Counted from the first letter of the stretch, positions 1 to 10,053 are shown. The stretch is 40,945 nt of DNA from Desulfobacteraceae bacterium (GCA_050115555.1 JASFQI010000003.1:1-40945); one strand, 5' to 3'. The notes: generated by a model from the sequence alone, not told the origin. Made by a program: numbers and translations.

Positions 1-1935
1 GAAATCAAGCCCCTCACCAAGGGCATGGCCCTGAGCCGCTACCACGAGCATACGATCGAGCCGGTGATAGGAAAATTGTCCGACCCGGCCGCGCCGGAGC
101 ACGTTCGACGGGCCCTGGCCGAGGGAGACGGCCACTTCCTGATCCTTGACGAGAAAGGCCGCGAAGAGGTCTTCAGCCTCCATGGCATCTGCCCTTCCTG
201 CGGGATCGGTCTGGAAACGCCCGATCCCAGGCTTTTCTCATTCAACTCCCGTCACGGGGCCTGTCCCGAATGCGAGGGTCTGGGCCGTATCGTTTCCGTG
301 TCAGGCAACGAGAGCCTCTGTAAAGCCTGCATGGGAAGCCGCCTTCGTCCCGAGGCGCTGGCCGTGAAGATCCAGGGGCACACCCTCTGGGACATCGTGC
401 GCCTGCCCGCAGATCAAGCCTATAAGGTCTTGCGCTCCTTTCGGTTCTCCCGTGATGAGGAGCCGGTGGCCGGTCCCGTGATGGAGGAGCTCTCTGCAAG
501 GCTCTCTTTTATGGTTCGCCTCGGGCTTGGCTACCTGGAGCTCTGCCGAAGCGGGGATTCTCTTTCGGGCGGTGAGACCCAGCGCCTGCGCCTCACCGCC
601 CAGCTCGGCTCCAATCTCACCGGGGCCTGCTACGTCCTGGACGAGCCCACCATCGGGCTTCACGTACGGGACCATCGTATGCTTCTCGAGGCGCTTTTCG
701 AGCTGCGCGATCGCGGGAACTCCGTGCTGATCGTGGAGCATGACGAGGAAACCGTTCGGGCTGCAGACCACATTGTGGATCTGGGCCCGGGTGGAGGGCC
801 TGCCGGAGGACGGCTGGTTGCATCCGGTACGCTGGACAACCTTCGAAAGATCCCGGAGTCTGTCACAGGGGCATGGTTCGACGGCCACTCCCATCACATC
901 ACATCCCGACTTCGGCCCTACCGGAAAAGCCCCGCTCTTCAGGTAGTAGGGGCTTCAGCCCACAATCTCAAGGAGGTCAACGCCCCCTTCCCCCTTCAGT
1001 CCCTTCTCTGCATCACGGGCGTCTCAGGATCGGGCAAATCCACGCTACTCCGGGATATTTTGTACCGGGGGTTGCGAAGACTGCTTTCAGGGAGGGGTGT
1101 AGAAGATCTTGCGGTTCGAGGATTTTCGGGATGGGAAACCCTGGAGCGAGTCCTGGAGGTGGACCATCGGCCCATCGGCAAGACGCCCCGCTCCATTCCG
1201 GCTTCCTACGTGGGTTTCCTGGCAGCGATTCGAAAATTGCTCGCGGGAACACCACGCGCCCGGGCGCGAGGGTTTGATCCCGGGCGCTTTTCCTTCAACA
1301 AGCCCGGCGGTCGATGCGAGGCCTGCAAAGGGCACGGCGCCGTCAAGGCCGAGATGAGCTTCCTGCCGGATGTCTACGTCCGATGTGAATCCTGCGGCGG
1401 ACGGAGGTTCAACACCGAGACCCTGGCCGTTCATTACAAGGGAAAGAGCATGGCCGACGTCCTGGACCTCACCTTTGACGAGGCGGCCCAGTTCTTCTCA
1501 GCCGTTCCCACCATTCGGCGCGCTACCCGCGTGGTCCGTGACATCGGGCTCGGCTACCTCCGCCTGGGTCAGCCGAGTCCCACCCTGTCCGGAGGAGAGG
1601 CCCAGCGTCTCAAGCTCGCCCAGGAGCTGGCCAAACCTAACAAGGGGCACACCCTGTACGTTCTGGATGAACCCACCACCGGACTTCACATGGCGGACAT
1701 CCGTCCCTTGATGGACGTTCTTCAGGCCCTGGTGGACCATGGGAACACCGTGGCCGTGATCGAGCACAACATGGAGGTCATCAAGGAGGCGGATTACATC
1801 CTCGATCTGGGCCCGGAGGGAGGAGATCACGGTGGGCACATTGTTGCCTCTGGTTCGCCCGAGGAGATTATTGCCCACACCGCGACGTCTCACACGGCCC
1901 GGGCGCTTCAAACCTACCTGGACTCGGCCTCTTGA
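1..1935 (+). CDS. uvrA: Excinuclease ABC subunit A, 3' part (gene starts upstream of the window)
   Basis: Open frame from the window start. CxxC Zn fingers, LFSFNS motif, LSGGE signatures twice, Walker A GVSGSGKS, Walker B LDEPT twice, IEHN, and DLGPEGG. Confidence 0.95.
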   Translation, partial: EIKPLTKGMALSRYHEHTIEPVIGKLSDPAAPEHVRRALAEGDGHFLILDEKGREEVFSLHGICPSCGIGLETPDPRLFSFNSRHGACPECEGLGRIVSVSGNESLCKACMGSRLRPEALAVKIQGHTLWDIVRLPADQAYKVLRSFRFSRDEEPVAGPVMEELSARLSFMVRLGLGYLELCRSGDSLSGGETQRLRLTAQLGSNLTGACYVLDEPTIGLHVRDHRMLLEALFELRDRGNSVLIVEHDEETVRAADHIVDLGPGGGPAGGRLVASGTLDNLRKIPESVTGAWFDGHSHHITSRLRPYRKSPALQVVGASAHNLKEVNAPFPLQSLLCITGVSGSGKSTLLRDILYRGLRRLLSGRGVEDLAVRGFSGWETLERVLEVDHRPIGKTPRSIPASYVGFLAAIRKLLAGTPRARARGFDPGRFSFNKPGGRCEACKGHGAVKAEMSFLPDVYVRCESCGGRRFNTETLAVHYKGKSMADVLDLTFDEAAQFFSAVPTIRRATRVVRDIGLGYLRLGQPSPTLSGGEAQRLKLAQELAKPNKGHTLYVLDEPTTGLHMADIRPLMDVLQALVDHGNTVAVIEHNMEVIKEADYILDLGPEGGDHGGHIVASGSPEEIIAHTATSHTARALQTYLDSAS

Positions 1936-1992
1936 TTTTCGCTCCCGTCCGTGAGAAAAAGGACCTACTTTGGAGTTCTGCCATATTTACGG

Positions 1993-2022
1993 TTGAATTC
2001 CTGGGCACGAAATGGCTATACT
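1993..2022 (+). promoter_or_regulatory. Possible sigma70 promoter for the 2101 ORF
   Basis: TTGAAT-N18-TATACT upstream of a GGAGG RBS and GTG start. Confidence 0.4.
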
Positions 2023-2100
2023 GCGTAGGGATCGGAACCGGGCGGGTCCGGAAAGTTCAGCCTCATACCGCCGGAATGACCGGTCCGGAGGAAGAAGGTC

Positions 2101-4200
2101 GTGGAAAAAAACAGCTCAAACGACTCCATTGAAAGCATTGTAGCCGAGCGCTTGGACAGCATCTTCGGAGACGACGAGGAGGAGGACTCTCCGCCTCCAG
2201 CACCGGCGAAACCTTCTCCGCTGAGAAAGATGCAGCAGGCCATGGAGGCGCTCAACACCGGCGTCACTCCGCGCACCGTGGACATGGTAGCTTCCGAAGT
2301 TCGGGCCCTGGGAACCGCCCTGGGGGAGGATGCCCTCTTTCGCCCGCTGCTCAAGATCGCCGGAATGCTGATTGGAAACCTGAAGACCGGGGGAGAAACA
2401 GCCCGCCAAGATGCAACAAAGACCCTGGCGTCCGTCGTTGAATGCATGAGAGCCCTTGCAGAGGACGATACACTTCCGATTACTCGGAAACGGGTCCTGG
2501 TGCAGCGCGAGATCGAAGCCTTCAGGGCCTTCCGCGAATCGCTTCAGGAAAAACCTTCCGTTCTCCAAGTCAAGGTTCCTCCGGGACCGGCTCGAGAAAA
2601 GGCTCCACAACCCACCCCTGCACCACCTCTTGAGAAAGCACCTGAAAAACCGGCACCCGAACCCAAACCTGCCCCACCCCTTGAGAAAGCACCTGAAAAA
2701 CCGGCACCCGAACCCAAACCTGCCCCGACCCTTGAGAAGGCACCTGAAAAACCGGCACCCGAACCCAAACCTGCCCCGACCCTTGAGAAGGCACCTGAAA
2801 AACCGGCACCCGAACCCAAACCTGCTCCGCCTCTTAAGAAAGCACCTGAAGAGCCGGCACCCGAATCCAGGACTGCTCCGACGCCTGCGGTTTCGATGGA
2901 TGACATTGTAGTTCTCCCTGAGGCTGAACCACGCTCTCCAGACACAGGCCTGTGGCAGGAGGCACTGCATGAACTCCAGACCTGGATCGGGAAAGCGGTG
3001 AGCGATGTGAAGGATCAGATTCAGGAGGTCAAGGCTGCCCTTCCCGACCGCTCCGAAACCCCGACGGATGATCACGAGGAACTCAACCAGCTTGCCGCGC
3101 ACATCAAGGACCTTTCGGGTGTTCCTCAATCACTCAAGATGCTTCAGACGCAAATGTTGGGTGCGCTCGTCTCTCTGAAAAAATCCATGGATGCTCTCCA
3201 AAAACGGCCGACCGAACAGGAGCCCGTTCGAGGAGCGGTCAGAGAGGAAATGGAATTGCTGAGGAAGGCATTGGAACCGGTCCTCCAAATTCCCTCCGCC
3301 GTTCAGAAGCTCGAAAAGGAAACCCACAATGCCTTGGAACAATTCGACAAAAAGGTCTCGAACCTGCAAAAGCATTTCGAGGACCTGCGGGACGCCATTC
3401 GGGCAACCCGCCTGGATTTGAACCGGCTTCGGTCCGTTGCCGAGGGCTCGGAAGCGCCTCTGTCGACTGAAGGAACAGGGCAACCCGAACTGGAGCCCTC
3501 TGTCAAAGAGGAAGGATTGCCTTCGGGTTCACTATACGGCCCTTGGGATTTGGATGAACCCGGATACAAGGGCTCGACAGACGAAGGCGTGGCAGAGGAC
3601 GGTTTCCGATTGAATGGATTCCCTGAACTGGAACTAGAGGATGACTTTGAGAGTGAAGCCGAACCGGCTCCTTACGCGGGAGCGAATGAAAAAGCCTTCC
3701 CAGATCCCTCCTCCTCTCTACCGTCCGGTCAGTACTTTCTATTTTACACTGGCGGCAGGAAGTATGCCGTTGATGCCCGCTACGTGGTCAAATCCACACG
3801 GATCGGAGGTGCGATCACTAAAAAAGCCCGAAACACTGGAACCCTGACCCTTGCCGATGTGAAATCCGTCCTGTCAAGCCCCCGGAAAGGCATCGAGCCT
3901 CCCTGGGAGAGGATCTCCGACGAGGAGATCAAACAGACGGCCTATTCACTCGTACCTGATTCTGCCATCGACGGTCTCGCGGCCACAAACGGCGGCGGCG
4001 CACTCTTCTTGAGAACCAATGAAAAGACCCTCTTGATCTTGTCGGACGAACCTGCTGTCAAGGCCACCCTGAACGAAGAGGACGAGATCCAGATGACAAC
4101 GGCATCGGACACATCCCAAAGCGCAACCTGCGGCTCGATCATGCGATCCGGGGAAGGCGCTGAGTTCTACCTCATCCTTGCGCCCGAGCGCCTTGGTTGA
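2101..4200 (+). CDS. Hypothetical protein: helical N-terminus, Pro-rich tandem repeat, coiled coil, acidic linker, possibly degenerate CheW-like C-terminus
   Basis: 699-aa ORF with RBS GGAGG. The C-terminal YFLFYTGGRKYAVDARYVVK resembles the first strands of a CheW fold (weak). Confidence 0.8.
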   Translation: MEKNSSNDSIESIVAERLDSIFGDDEEEDSPPPAPAKPSPLRKMQQAMEALNTGVTPRTVDMVASEVRALGTALGEDALFRPLLKIAGMLIGNLKTGGETARQDATKTLASVVECMRALAEDDTLPITRKRVLVQREIEAFRAFRESLQEKPSVLQVKVPPGPAREKAPQPTPAPPLEKAPEKPAPEPKPAPPLEKAPEKPAPEPKPAPTLEKAPEKPAPEPKPAPTLEKAPEKPAPEPKPAPPLKKAPEEPAPESRTAPTPAVSMDDIVVLPEAEPRSPDTGLWQEALHELQTWIGKAVSDVKDQIQEVKAALPDRSETPTDDHEELNQLAAHIKDLSGVPQSLKMLQTQMLGALVSLKKSMDALQKRPTEQEPVRGAVREEMELLRKALEPVLQIPSAVQKLEKETHNALEQFDKKVSNLQKHFEDLRDAIRATRLDLNRLRSVAEGSEAPLSTEGTGQPELEPSVKEEGLPSGSLYGPWDLDEPGYKGSTDEGVAEDGFRLNGFPELELEDDFESEAEPAPYAGANEKAFPDPSSSLPSGQYFLFYTGGRKYAVDARYVVKSTRIGGAITKKARNTGTLTLADVKSVLSSPRKGIEPPWERISDEEIKQTAYSLVPDSAIDGLAATNGGGALFLRTNEKTLLILSDEPAVKATLNEEDEIQMTTASDTSQSATCGSIMRSGEGAEFYLILAPERLG
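2617..2880 (+). repeat. In-frame 51-bp tandem repeat, about 5 copies (17-aa unit LEKAPEKPAPEPKPAP[P/T])
   Basis: Near-identical units CTT(G/A)AGAA(A/G)GCACCTGAA(A/G)A(A/G)CCGGCACCCGAA... start at 2629, 2680, 2731, 2782 and 2833. Confidence 0.95.
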
Positions 4201-4341
4201 GTTCGCCCCCTTTCCTGCATCTCATTCTTCTTTGAAAGGATACCCTCTTCCAGGGGGAACTCGAAAGAGGCCCTGCCCCGTTCCGGCCGCTCATTGTGCT
4301 CTTCCCAGTGCATTCCTTGTCCGTCCGGAACCCCAAATCGC

Positions 4342-4371
4342 TTGACAAAGAGGACCGAAACGGGTCATAAG
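4342..4371 (+). promoter_or_regulatory. Possible sigma70 promoter of sucCD
   Basis: Perfect TTGACA at 4342 with a weak -10 (TCATAA/CATAAG) 17-18 nt downstream. Confidence 0.4.
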
Positions 4372-4378
4372 AAACCCC

Positions 4379-4546
4379 TTTGAACGGGTATCGCTCGCGG
4401 TTCCTCCGGCTTGTTCCGGGAAAGCGTACGTATGTGATATACCGCGTTCCCTCTGGAGCGCAATGAGGTTCGAGCGCGCGCTGCAACGTCAGGGAGGCAG
4501 ATTTTTCATGACTCCATATCTCCCGGTCCTGCCCAAGGAACCGCAC
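4379..4546. repeat. Dispersed intergenic repeat, inverted pair forming a long hairpin in the sucC leader
   Basis: The reverse complement of 4379-4421 (CCCGGAACAAGCCGGAGGAACCGCGAGCGATACCCGTTCAAA) aligns with the 34769 copy. GCGGTTCCT (4397) pairs with AGGAACCGC (4536), and CCGGGA pairs with TCCCGG. Confidence 0.6.
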
Positions 4547-4572
4547 TTCCGGGAATAGAGGGGACAAAAGAC

Positions 4573-5742
4573 ATGAAGCTTCACGAGTACCAGGCAAAGG
4601 AGCTCTTTCGAAAACACGGTATCCCGGTTCCTGAAGGCCGGGTTGTGCAAACTGGTGAAGAAGCGCGTCAAGCGGCGAATGCACTGAGCGGACCGCCCTG
4701 GGTAGTCAAGGCCCAGGTGCATGCGGGCGGCCGGGGAAAAGGGGGCGGAGTCCGTTTGATTCGGAGCCCGGATGAGGTGGCAGCGGCCGCCGAGGCGATG
4801 TTGAAGAACCCCTTGGTCACTCCCCAGACCGGTCCGGAGGGAAAAACGGTCCACCGGGTGCTTGTTGAGGAGGGAGTGGACATCGACCGCGAGCTTTACC
4901 TCGCCGTAGTGATCGATCGGGGATCGTCAAAACCCGTCGTGATCTTCAGCCAGGAAGGCGGCATGGACATTGAGGAGGTAGCGGCGAAAACCCCGGAGAG
5001 AGTGTTGAGGCAGCTCGTGGAACCGGAGGCCGGCTGGATGCCTTTTTGCGGCCGCAACCTGGTTTATCGGCTTGACCCCCTCCCGCGCCCCGAGACCCTG
5101 AAATTGTTGATGGGCATGATCGCACGCCTGGTCAAGGTCTTTGAAACCGTGGATGGATCGCTTGTCGAGATCAACCCCCTGGTCATTACGAAGTCGGGAG
5201 ACGTCCTGGCCGTGGATGCCAAGGTGAACCTCGATGATAATGCCCTCTTCCGGCATAAAGATCTCGCTGCATGGGACGATCCCGAGGAAAAGGATCCTTT
5301 GGAACGAAAGGCGGCGCAGCACAACCTGAATTACATCCGCCTGGACGGGAATATCGGGGCCATGGTCAACGGTGCGGGCCTGGCCATGGCTACCATGGAC
5401 GTGATCAAGATGGCGGGAGCGGAGCCTGCCAACTTCCTGGATGTGGGCGGGGGCGCAAGCGAAGAGATGATCACCCGGGGTTTCGAGATCATCCTGGAGG
5501 ATAAGAAAGTCGAGGCCATCCTGGTCAATATTTTTGGAGGGATCCTGCGCTGTGATGTCCTGGCGCGGGGAGTGCTGGCTGCAGCGGAGAAGACGTCCAT
5601 CCAGGTGCCGTTAATCGTACGACTCGAAGGAACCAATGTGGAGGAGGGGCGTCGGATCCTGGAGGAGTCCGATCTGGAGTTCCTGGTGGCAAAGGACATC
5701 TCCGAGGCCGCCGAGCTGGTCACACGCCGGGCCCTTTCCTGA
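4573..5742 (+). CDS. sucC: Succinyl-CoA synthetase beta subunit (ADP-forming)
   Basis: MKLHEYQAKELF, KAQVHAGGRGKGGGV, EINPL, NGAGLAMATMD, ANFLDVGGG, NIFGGI, RLEGTN. Confidence 0.97.
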   Translation: MKLHEYQAKELFRKHGIPVPEGRVVQTGEEARQAANALSGPPWVVKAQVHAGGRGKGGGVRLIRSPDEVAAAAEAMLKNPLVTPQTGPEGKTVHRVLVEEGVDIDRELYLAVVIDRGSSKPVVIFSQEGGMDIEEVAAKTPERVLRQLVEPEAGWMPFCGRNLVYRLDPLPRPETLKLLMGMIARLVKVFETVDGSLVEINPLVITKSGDVLAVDAKVNLDDNALFRHKDLAAWDDPEEKDPLERKAAQHNLNYIRLDGNIGAMVNGAGLAMATMDVIKMAGAEPANFLDVGGGASEEMITRGFEIILEDKKVEAILVNIFGGILRCDVLARGVLAAAEKTSIQVPLIVRLEGTNVEEGRRILEESDLEFLVAKDISEAAELVTRRALS

Positions 5743-5779
5743 ACCTGAACAGAGCGCTGTAGGACACCCTTTTCGCACA

Positions 5780-5826
5780 TCCACTCGAGCGGGAATAGAA
5801 ACGCGCGAGCGGATCGTTTTAAAACG
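5780..5826 (+). repeat. Degenerate copy of the dispersed intergenic repeat between sucC and sucD
   Basis: GCGGGAATAGAAACGCGCGAGCGGATCGTTTT matches the family core GAATGCGCGAGCGAAGCATTTT. Confidence 0.5.
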
Positions 5827-5871
5827 GCGAGCAAGTTCATATTCAGGCAAGCCGAGGGGAGATGACGGAAC

Positions 5872-6756
5872 ATGAGCATCCTGGTTGATGAGAACACCCG
5901 TGTAGTTGTGCAGGGAATCACGGGTCGTGAGGGTACGTTCCACACGGAGCAGATGCTCCGTTACGGAACGACGGTAGCGGCCGGAGTGACTCCGGGAAAG
6001 GGAGGACAGAGCATCGAAGGCGTACCCGTCTTCAACAGCGTTCAGCAGGCCGTAGAGCAGGAAGATGTAAACGCCGCATGTATTTTCGTTCCCCCTCCGT
6101 TCGCCGCGGATGCGGTCATGGAGGCCGCGTCGGCCGGGATCGGGGTTACGGTCTGCATCACCGAGGGGATCCCCACGCTGGACATGGTCCGGGTGGCGAG
6201 TTTTCTGAAAACGCATGAAACCGTATTGATCGGGCCGAACTGCCCCGGAATCATTTCGCCCGGCAAGACAAAGGTGGGCATCATGCCCGGTCCGATCCAT
6301 CGTCCCGGAACGATCGGTGTCATCTCCAGAAGCGGAACCCTCACCTACGAGGTGGTCGATCAACTCACGCGTGCAGGCCTGGGCCAGTCCACATGCATCG
6401 GGATCGGGGGTGACCCGATCATAGGAACCTCCTTCATCGATCACCTTGGACGATTCGAGGAGGATCCCGATACCGAAGCCGTTGTCCTCATCGGCGAAAT
6501 CGGCGGATCCGCAGAGGAGGAGGCCGCCGAATACGTCAAGGCCGAAATTTCCAAGCCGGTCGTAGCGTTTATCGCAGGGCGTACTGCGCCGCCGGGCAAA
6601 CGCATGGGGCATGCGGGTGCGATTATTTCAGGGGGAAAAGGCCGGGCCGAGGACAAAATCGCGGCCCTTGAATCGGCCGGGATTCCCGTGGCCCACAACC
6701 TCGGCACACTGGGGGAAACGGTACTGGAGGTCCTTAACGAACGCCGAGGAACATGA
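5872..6756 (+). CDS. sucD: Succinyl-CoA synthetase alpha subunit
   Basis: [36 protein letters not shown], and the phospho-His motif MGHAGA. Confidence 0.97.
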   Translation: MSILVDENTRVVVQGITGREGTFHTEQMLRYGTTVAAGVTPGKGGQSIEGVPVFNSVQQAVEQEDVNAACIFVPPPFAADAVMEAASAGIGVTVCITEGIPTLDMVRVASFLKTHETVLIGPNCPGIISPGKTKVGIMPGPIHRPGTIGVISRSGTLTYEVVDQLTRAGLGQSTCIGIGGDPIIGTSFIDHLGRFEEDPDTEAVVLIGEIGGSAEEEAAEYVKAEISKPVVAFIAGRTAPPGKRMGHAGAIISGGKGRAEDKIAALESAGIPVAHNLGTLGETVLEVLNERRGT

Positions 6757-6793
6757 CAAAAGGAACCCGACCTTCGAACGGGAACTGCCCGTC

Positions 6794-6822
6794 TTGACTT
6801 GCCCGAAGTGCAGTGATATCCT
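6794..6822 (+). promoter_or_regulatory. Probable sigma70 promoter
   Basis: TTGACT-N17-TATCCT with an extended TG. Confidence 0.55.
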
Positions 6823-6925
6823 TTGAAGAAAATTTTCAGTTTTATTAAATTATTAGAACGCGTTGAGGGTGCACGATGCGGAACTTCCGCTATCTCGTGC
6901 TTTATCCCTTGAGGAATTTTTCTGT

Positions 6926-7318
6926 ATGGACAACGTGGTCGACATTCAGGAAAGGATCCATCGGCGTCGCCACGGACGGCAACTGGAGCAGTATCGGGCA
7001 AAGATTCAGGCCCTTCAAAAGGTACTTCAATGCTCCTGCTGCCATTACAGGTGTGCCATGTGCGGTCATCAGCTCAGCCCGGAGGCGTCCTCGTCCACCC
7101 CGGAGCCCGGTCCGCTCGGGTATGTGTTTTGTGAGAGTTGCCGAGGTGAATTCGAGGACTTCCTCGCCATCTCCGGCGGGAAGAAGAAGGCCGACGTGTT
7201 TTGGCACAACAAGGCATGGCTGGAGATGTGGTCCTCCTGGCTGAGCCACCAGCAGGCCATCCAGCGATTTATGCATTCGCCCGAATTCAAGCTCCTGCTT
7301 TCGGAACTCAAGACGTAG
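6926..7318 (+). CDS. Cys-rich hypothetical protein, putative Zn-binding
   Basis: Start refined to ATG 6926 (GAGGA RBS). Contains [12 protein letters not shown]...CESC. Confidence 0.75.
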   Translation: MDNVVDIQERIHRRRHGRQLEQYRAKIQALQKVLQCSCCHYRCAMCGHQLSPEASSSTPEPGPLGYVFCESCRGEFEDFLAISGGKKKADVFWHNKAWLEMWSSWLSHQQAIQRFMHSPEFKLLLSELKT

Positions 7319-7462
7319 CATGAAATCGCAGGCTTCGGATTTCAGTGACCCTTACGGCCTGGTGGAAACGTGAGCGCCAACAAAGAAACGGCCGTGTTTA
7401 CGCCTGAGCCCTGTCCCCGAAGGGGCTCAAACGAATAACGTCAGGTATTGTGGAGGAAATCC

Positions 7463-7672
7463 ATGTTTGGAATCGGCATGCCCGAACTGATTATCATCCT
7501 GATCATCATCCTGATCATTTTCGGGGCGGGGAAATTGCCCGAGATCGGGAGTGGTATTGGTAAAGGGATTAAGAACTTTAAAAAGGCTACCACGGAAAAG
7601 GAGGAGATTGAGGCTCCGGACGAAGAAAGCATGAACAAAAAGGAAGAAGAATCGGACGATAAAAGCACATAA
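7463..7672 (+). CDS. tatA: Twin-arginine translocase TatA/E subunit
   Basis: [38 protein letters not shown], with a GGAGG RBS before ATG 7463. Confidence 0.95.
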   Translation: MFGIGMPELIIILIIILIIFGAGKLPEIGSGIGKGIKNFKKATTEKEEIEAPDEESMNKKEEESDDKST

Positions 7673-7714
7673 AAACCTTAGCTTTACCATCCCTCACCCA
7701 CTTCTCCGCTCCGG

Positions 7715-8143
7715 TTAGAACGGGATATCGTCGTCCGGTGGGGTGAGAGGGCCTTGATCTTGCGTAGCGCCGTTATCCCGGGGAGACATATCCCTCTGAG
7801 ACTCCCTGCCTACGGGGCCCAGCATCTGCATCTCCCTGGCCAACACTTCAGTCGTATAGCGGGTGTTTCCGTCCTTATCTTCCCACGAACGCGTCTGAAG
7901 GCGCCCCTCGATATAAACCTGTTTCCCTTTGTGCAGAAACTCTCCACAGATCTCGGCAAGGCGCCCAAAGGCCACAATTCGGTGCCACTCCGTGCGGCTC
8001 TGGCGATCTCCGGAGTTCTTATCCCGCCACTCCTCACTCGTAGCGATTCGGAAATTTGCCACCGCCGATCCACTCGTGGTGTAGCGCACTTCCGGATCGG
8101 CACCCAGATTCCCAATCAGGATAACTTTGTTCAAACCCGCCAT
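7715..8143 (-). CDS. ssb: Single-stranded DNA-binding protein
   Basis: [34 protein letters not shown], and the C-terminal DDIPF tail. Start refined to 8143. Confidence 0.97.
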   Translation of the reverse strand: MAGLNKVILIGNLGADPEVRYTTSGSAVANFRIATSEEWRDKNSGDRQSRTEWHRIVAFGRLAEICGEFLHKGKQVYIEGRLQTRSWEDKDGNTRYTTEVLAREMQMLGPVGRESQRDMSPRDNGATQDQGPLTPPDDDIPF

Positions 8144-8225
8144 GTTGGTTTCTCCTCTTTTTCTTCCCCGTCGCAGAACATGTTCAATGATGTCGGGGAA
8201 AAGGGACTCAATAACAATGATCCGC

Positions 8226-8323
8226 ACCGTATCACGAAGGGAAAAATGAAATCAAGGGCATTCCCCGTACTCTGAAAAGCCGGGTGATTCCCTATTGACT
8301 GCTCGTCACTAAAAAAGTAAGGT
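8226..8323. promoter_or_regulatory. Divergent sigma70-like promoters for ssb (-) and RNase J (+)
   Basis: Plus strand: TTGACT(8295)-N17-TAAGGT. Minus strand: TTGATT-N18-TACGGT with an extended TG. Confidence 0.45.
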
Positions 8324-8403
8324 TCCGTTAATTCAAATACATACCTCAGGCTGCCATGCACAGCGAAACGGCTTTCACCGCGGGTGAGCCGGGGAGACAA
8401 TTC

Positions 8404-10053
8404 ATGCTTAAGGTGATCCCCCTGGGGGGACTGGGAGAAATCGGGCTGAACATGATGGTCCTGGAGTTTGGGGACGACATCGTGATTGTGGACGCCGGTC
8501 TCATGTTCCCGGAAGAGTACATGATGGGTGTGGACGTGGTGATTCCCGACTTCCAATACCTTCGCGATCAGCGGGACCGCCTTCGAGCCATTGTCCTGAC
8601 CCACGGGCATGAAGACCACATCGGCGCCATGCCTTTCTTCCTTCGAGAGTTCCGCCTTCCCGTGTTTGGAACGAACTTCACCCTGGAATTGCTCCGGGAA
8701 AAACTGCAGGAGCACCAACTGGCCGATGACGCGGATCTAAGAAAGATTCAACCGGGAGAATCCATTTCCCTAGGCCCCTTTCGCATTGAATTCATTCGAG
8801 TGAACCACAGCATCGTGGACGGCGTTGGACTGGCCGTGCAGACACCCGAAGGAATCCTGATCCATTCGGGGGATTTCAAGGTGGACCAGGCGCCGGTGAT
8901 GGGCCAGGGAACCGACCTGGCCAGGTTTGCAAGGTACGGAGGAAAGGGTGTGCTCGCGCTGTTCTCCGATTCCACGAACGCGGAAAAAGACGGGTTCACC
9001 CCCAGCGAACGGGAGGTGGGTCAAACCCTGGAGAACATCTTCCGCGCATCCCCCGGGCGTGTGATTACCGCAGTCTTTGCCTCGAACATCGCGCGCATCC
9101 AACAGATCATCGACATCGCTCTTCACTTCGGCCGCATGATTCACTTCAGTGGAAAGAGCATGCGTTCCAATGTGCGTATTGCGCGGGAGCAGGGAATCCT
9201 TCGGGTCCCGGAGGACCGATTGATCGAGGAGCGACAGATCGCCCAGTTCCCGGACCATGAAATAGCCATGATCACCACCGGGAGTCAGGGCGAGCCCATG
9301 TCCTCCCTCAGCCGAATGGCTCAGAACCGCCACAAGCACATTCAGGCAAAACCCGGTGACACCGTTATCCTGTCCTCCCGTTTCATCCCTGGAAACGAGA
9401 AAGCCATCACCGCAATCATCAACAGCCTCTACCGTATGGGGGCTGAAGTGGTCTACGAGAAAGTTTCGGACATTCACACGTCCGGGCATGCCTATCGGGG
9501 GGAGCTCAAACTCATGATGAATTTGGTGCAACCCCGATATTTCATTCCCATCCATGGAGAGTACCGTCACCTGGTCAAACACATGCGCTTGGCCCAGGAA
9601 ACGGGTCTGCCCCCCGAGCGCACCCTGTTGGCGGAAAACGGGGACTCGATCTGCTTCCAGGACGGAAAAGGGTTCCTGGGCGAACGCGTGCCCACCGGAC
9701 GGGTTCTTGTGGACGGAAAAGGGGTGGGAGACGTGGGCGAGGTGGTGCTCCGAGACCGACGGCGTCTCTCCGGGGACGGGATGGTGATCGCCATACTTGC
9801 AGTCGATGAACAGACCGGAGATGTAGTATACGGTCCGGACATCGTGTCCAGGGGTTTCATCTTTGAAGATCAGCAAGGCAACCTGCTGGAGGAAGCCAAG
9901 GGCATCGTCCTGGAAATCCTTGATGAAATCGATCGTCCGGCCCGGCTGGACTGGACCGACATCGCGCCGGACATCAAGAAACGATTGAAGCGGTTTTTCT
10001 TCAGCGTTCTGGGTCGAAGCCCCCTCATTCTCTCGATCATCATCCCGGTGTGA
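8404..10053 (+). CDS. rnj: Ribonuclease J (metallo-beta-lactamase/beta-CASP)
   Basis: PLGGLGEIGLNM, THGHEDHIG, NHSI, SGDFK, SDSTNA, TTGSQGEP, HTSGHA, PIHGE. Start refined to ATG 8404. Confidence 0.95.
   Translation: MLKVIPLGGLGEIGLNMMVLEFGDDIVIVDAGLMFPEEYMMGVDVVIPDFQYLRDQRDRLRAIVLTHGHEDHIGAMPFFLREFRLPVFGTNFTLELLREKLQEHQLADDADLRKIQPGESISLGPFRIEFIRVNHSIVDGVGLAVQTPEGILIHSGDFKVDQAPVMGQGTDLARFARYGGKGVLALFSDSTNAEKDGFTPSEREVGQTLENIFRASPGRVITAVFASNIARIQQIIDIALHFGRMIHFSGKSMRSNVRIAREQGILRVPEDRLIEERQIAQFPDHEIAMITTGSQGEPMSSLSRMAQNRHKHIQAKPGDTVILSSRFIPGNEKAITAIINSLYRMGAEVVYEKVSDIHTSGHAYRGELKLMMNLVQPRYFIPIHGEYRHLVKHMRLAQETGLPPERTLLAENGDSICFQDGKGFLGERVPTGRVLVDGKGVGDVGEVVLRDRRRLSGDGMVIAILAVDEQTGDVVYGPDIVSRGFIFEDQQGNLLEEAKGIVLEILDEIDRPARLDWTDIAPDIKKRLKRFFFSVLGRSPLILSIIIPV

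Noticed and set aside
2030-2100. SRP RNA (GGTCCGGAGGAAG resembles the SRP loop)
   Set aside because: It lacks the full CAGGTCCGGAAGGAAGCAGC motif and is better explained as the RBS of the 2101 ORF.
4397-4546. 6S RNA
   Set aside because: The rod shape is suggestive, but the arms are explained by the dispersed repeat family. I could not recognise 6S sequence motifs, and the usual zapA/ygfA context is absent.
6830-6865. dif site or replication-origin element in AT-rich patches (also 32060-32210)
   Set aside because: No XerC/XerD arm match and no DnaA-box cluster. The patches are consistent with promoter regions.
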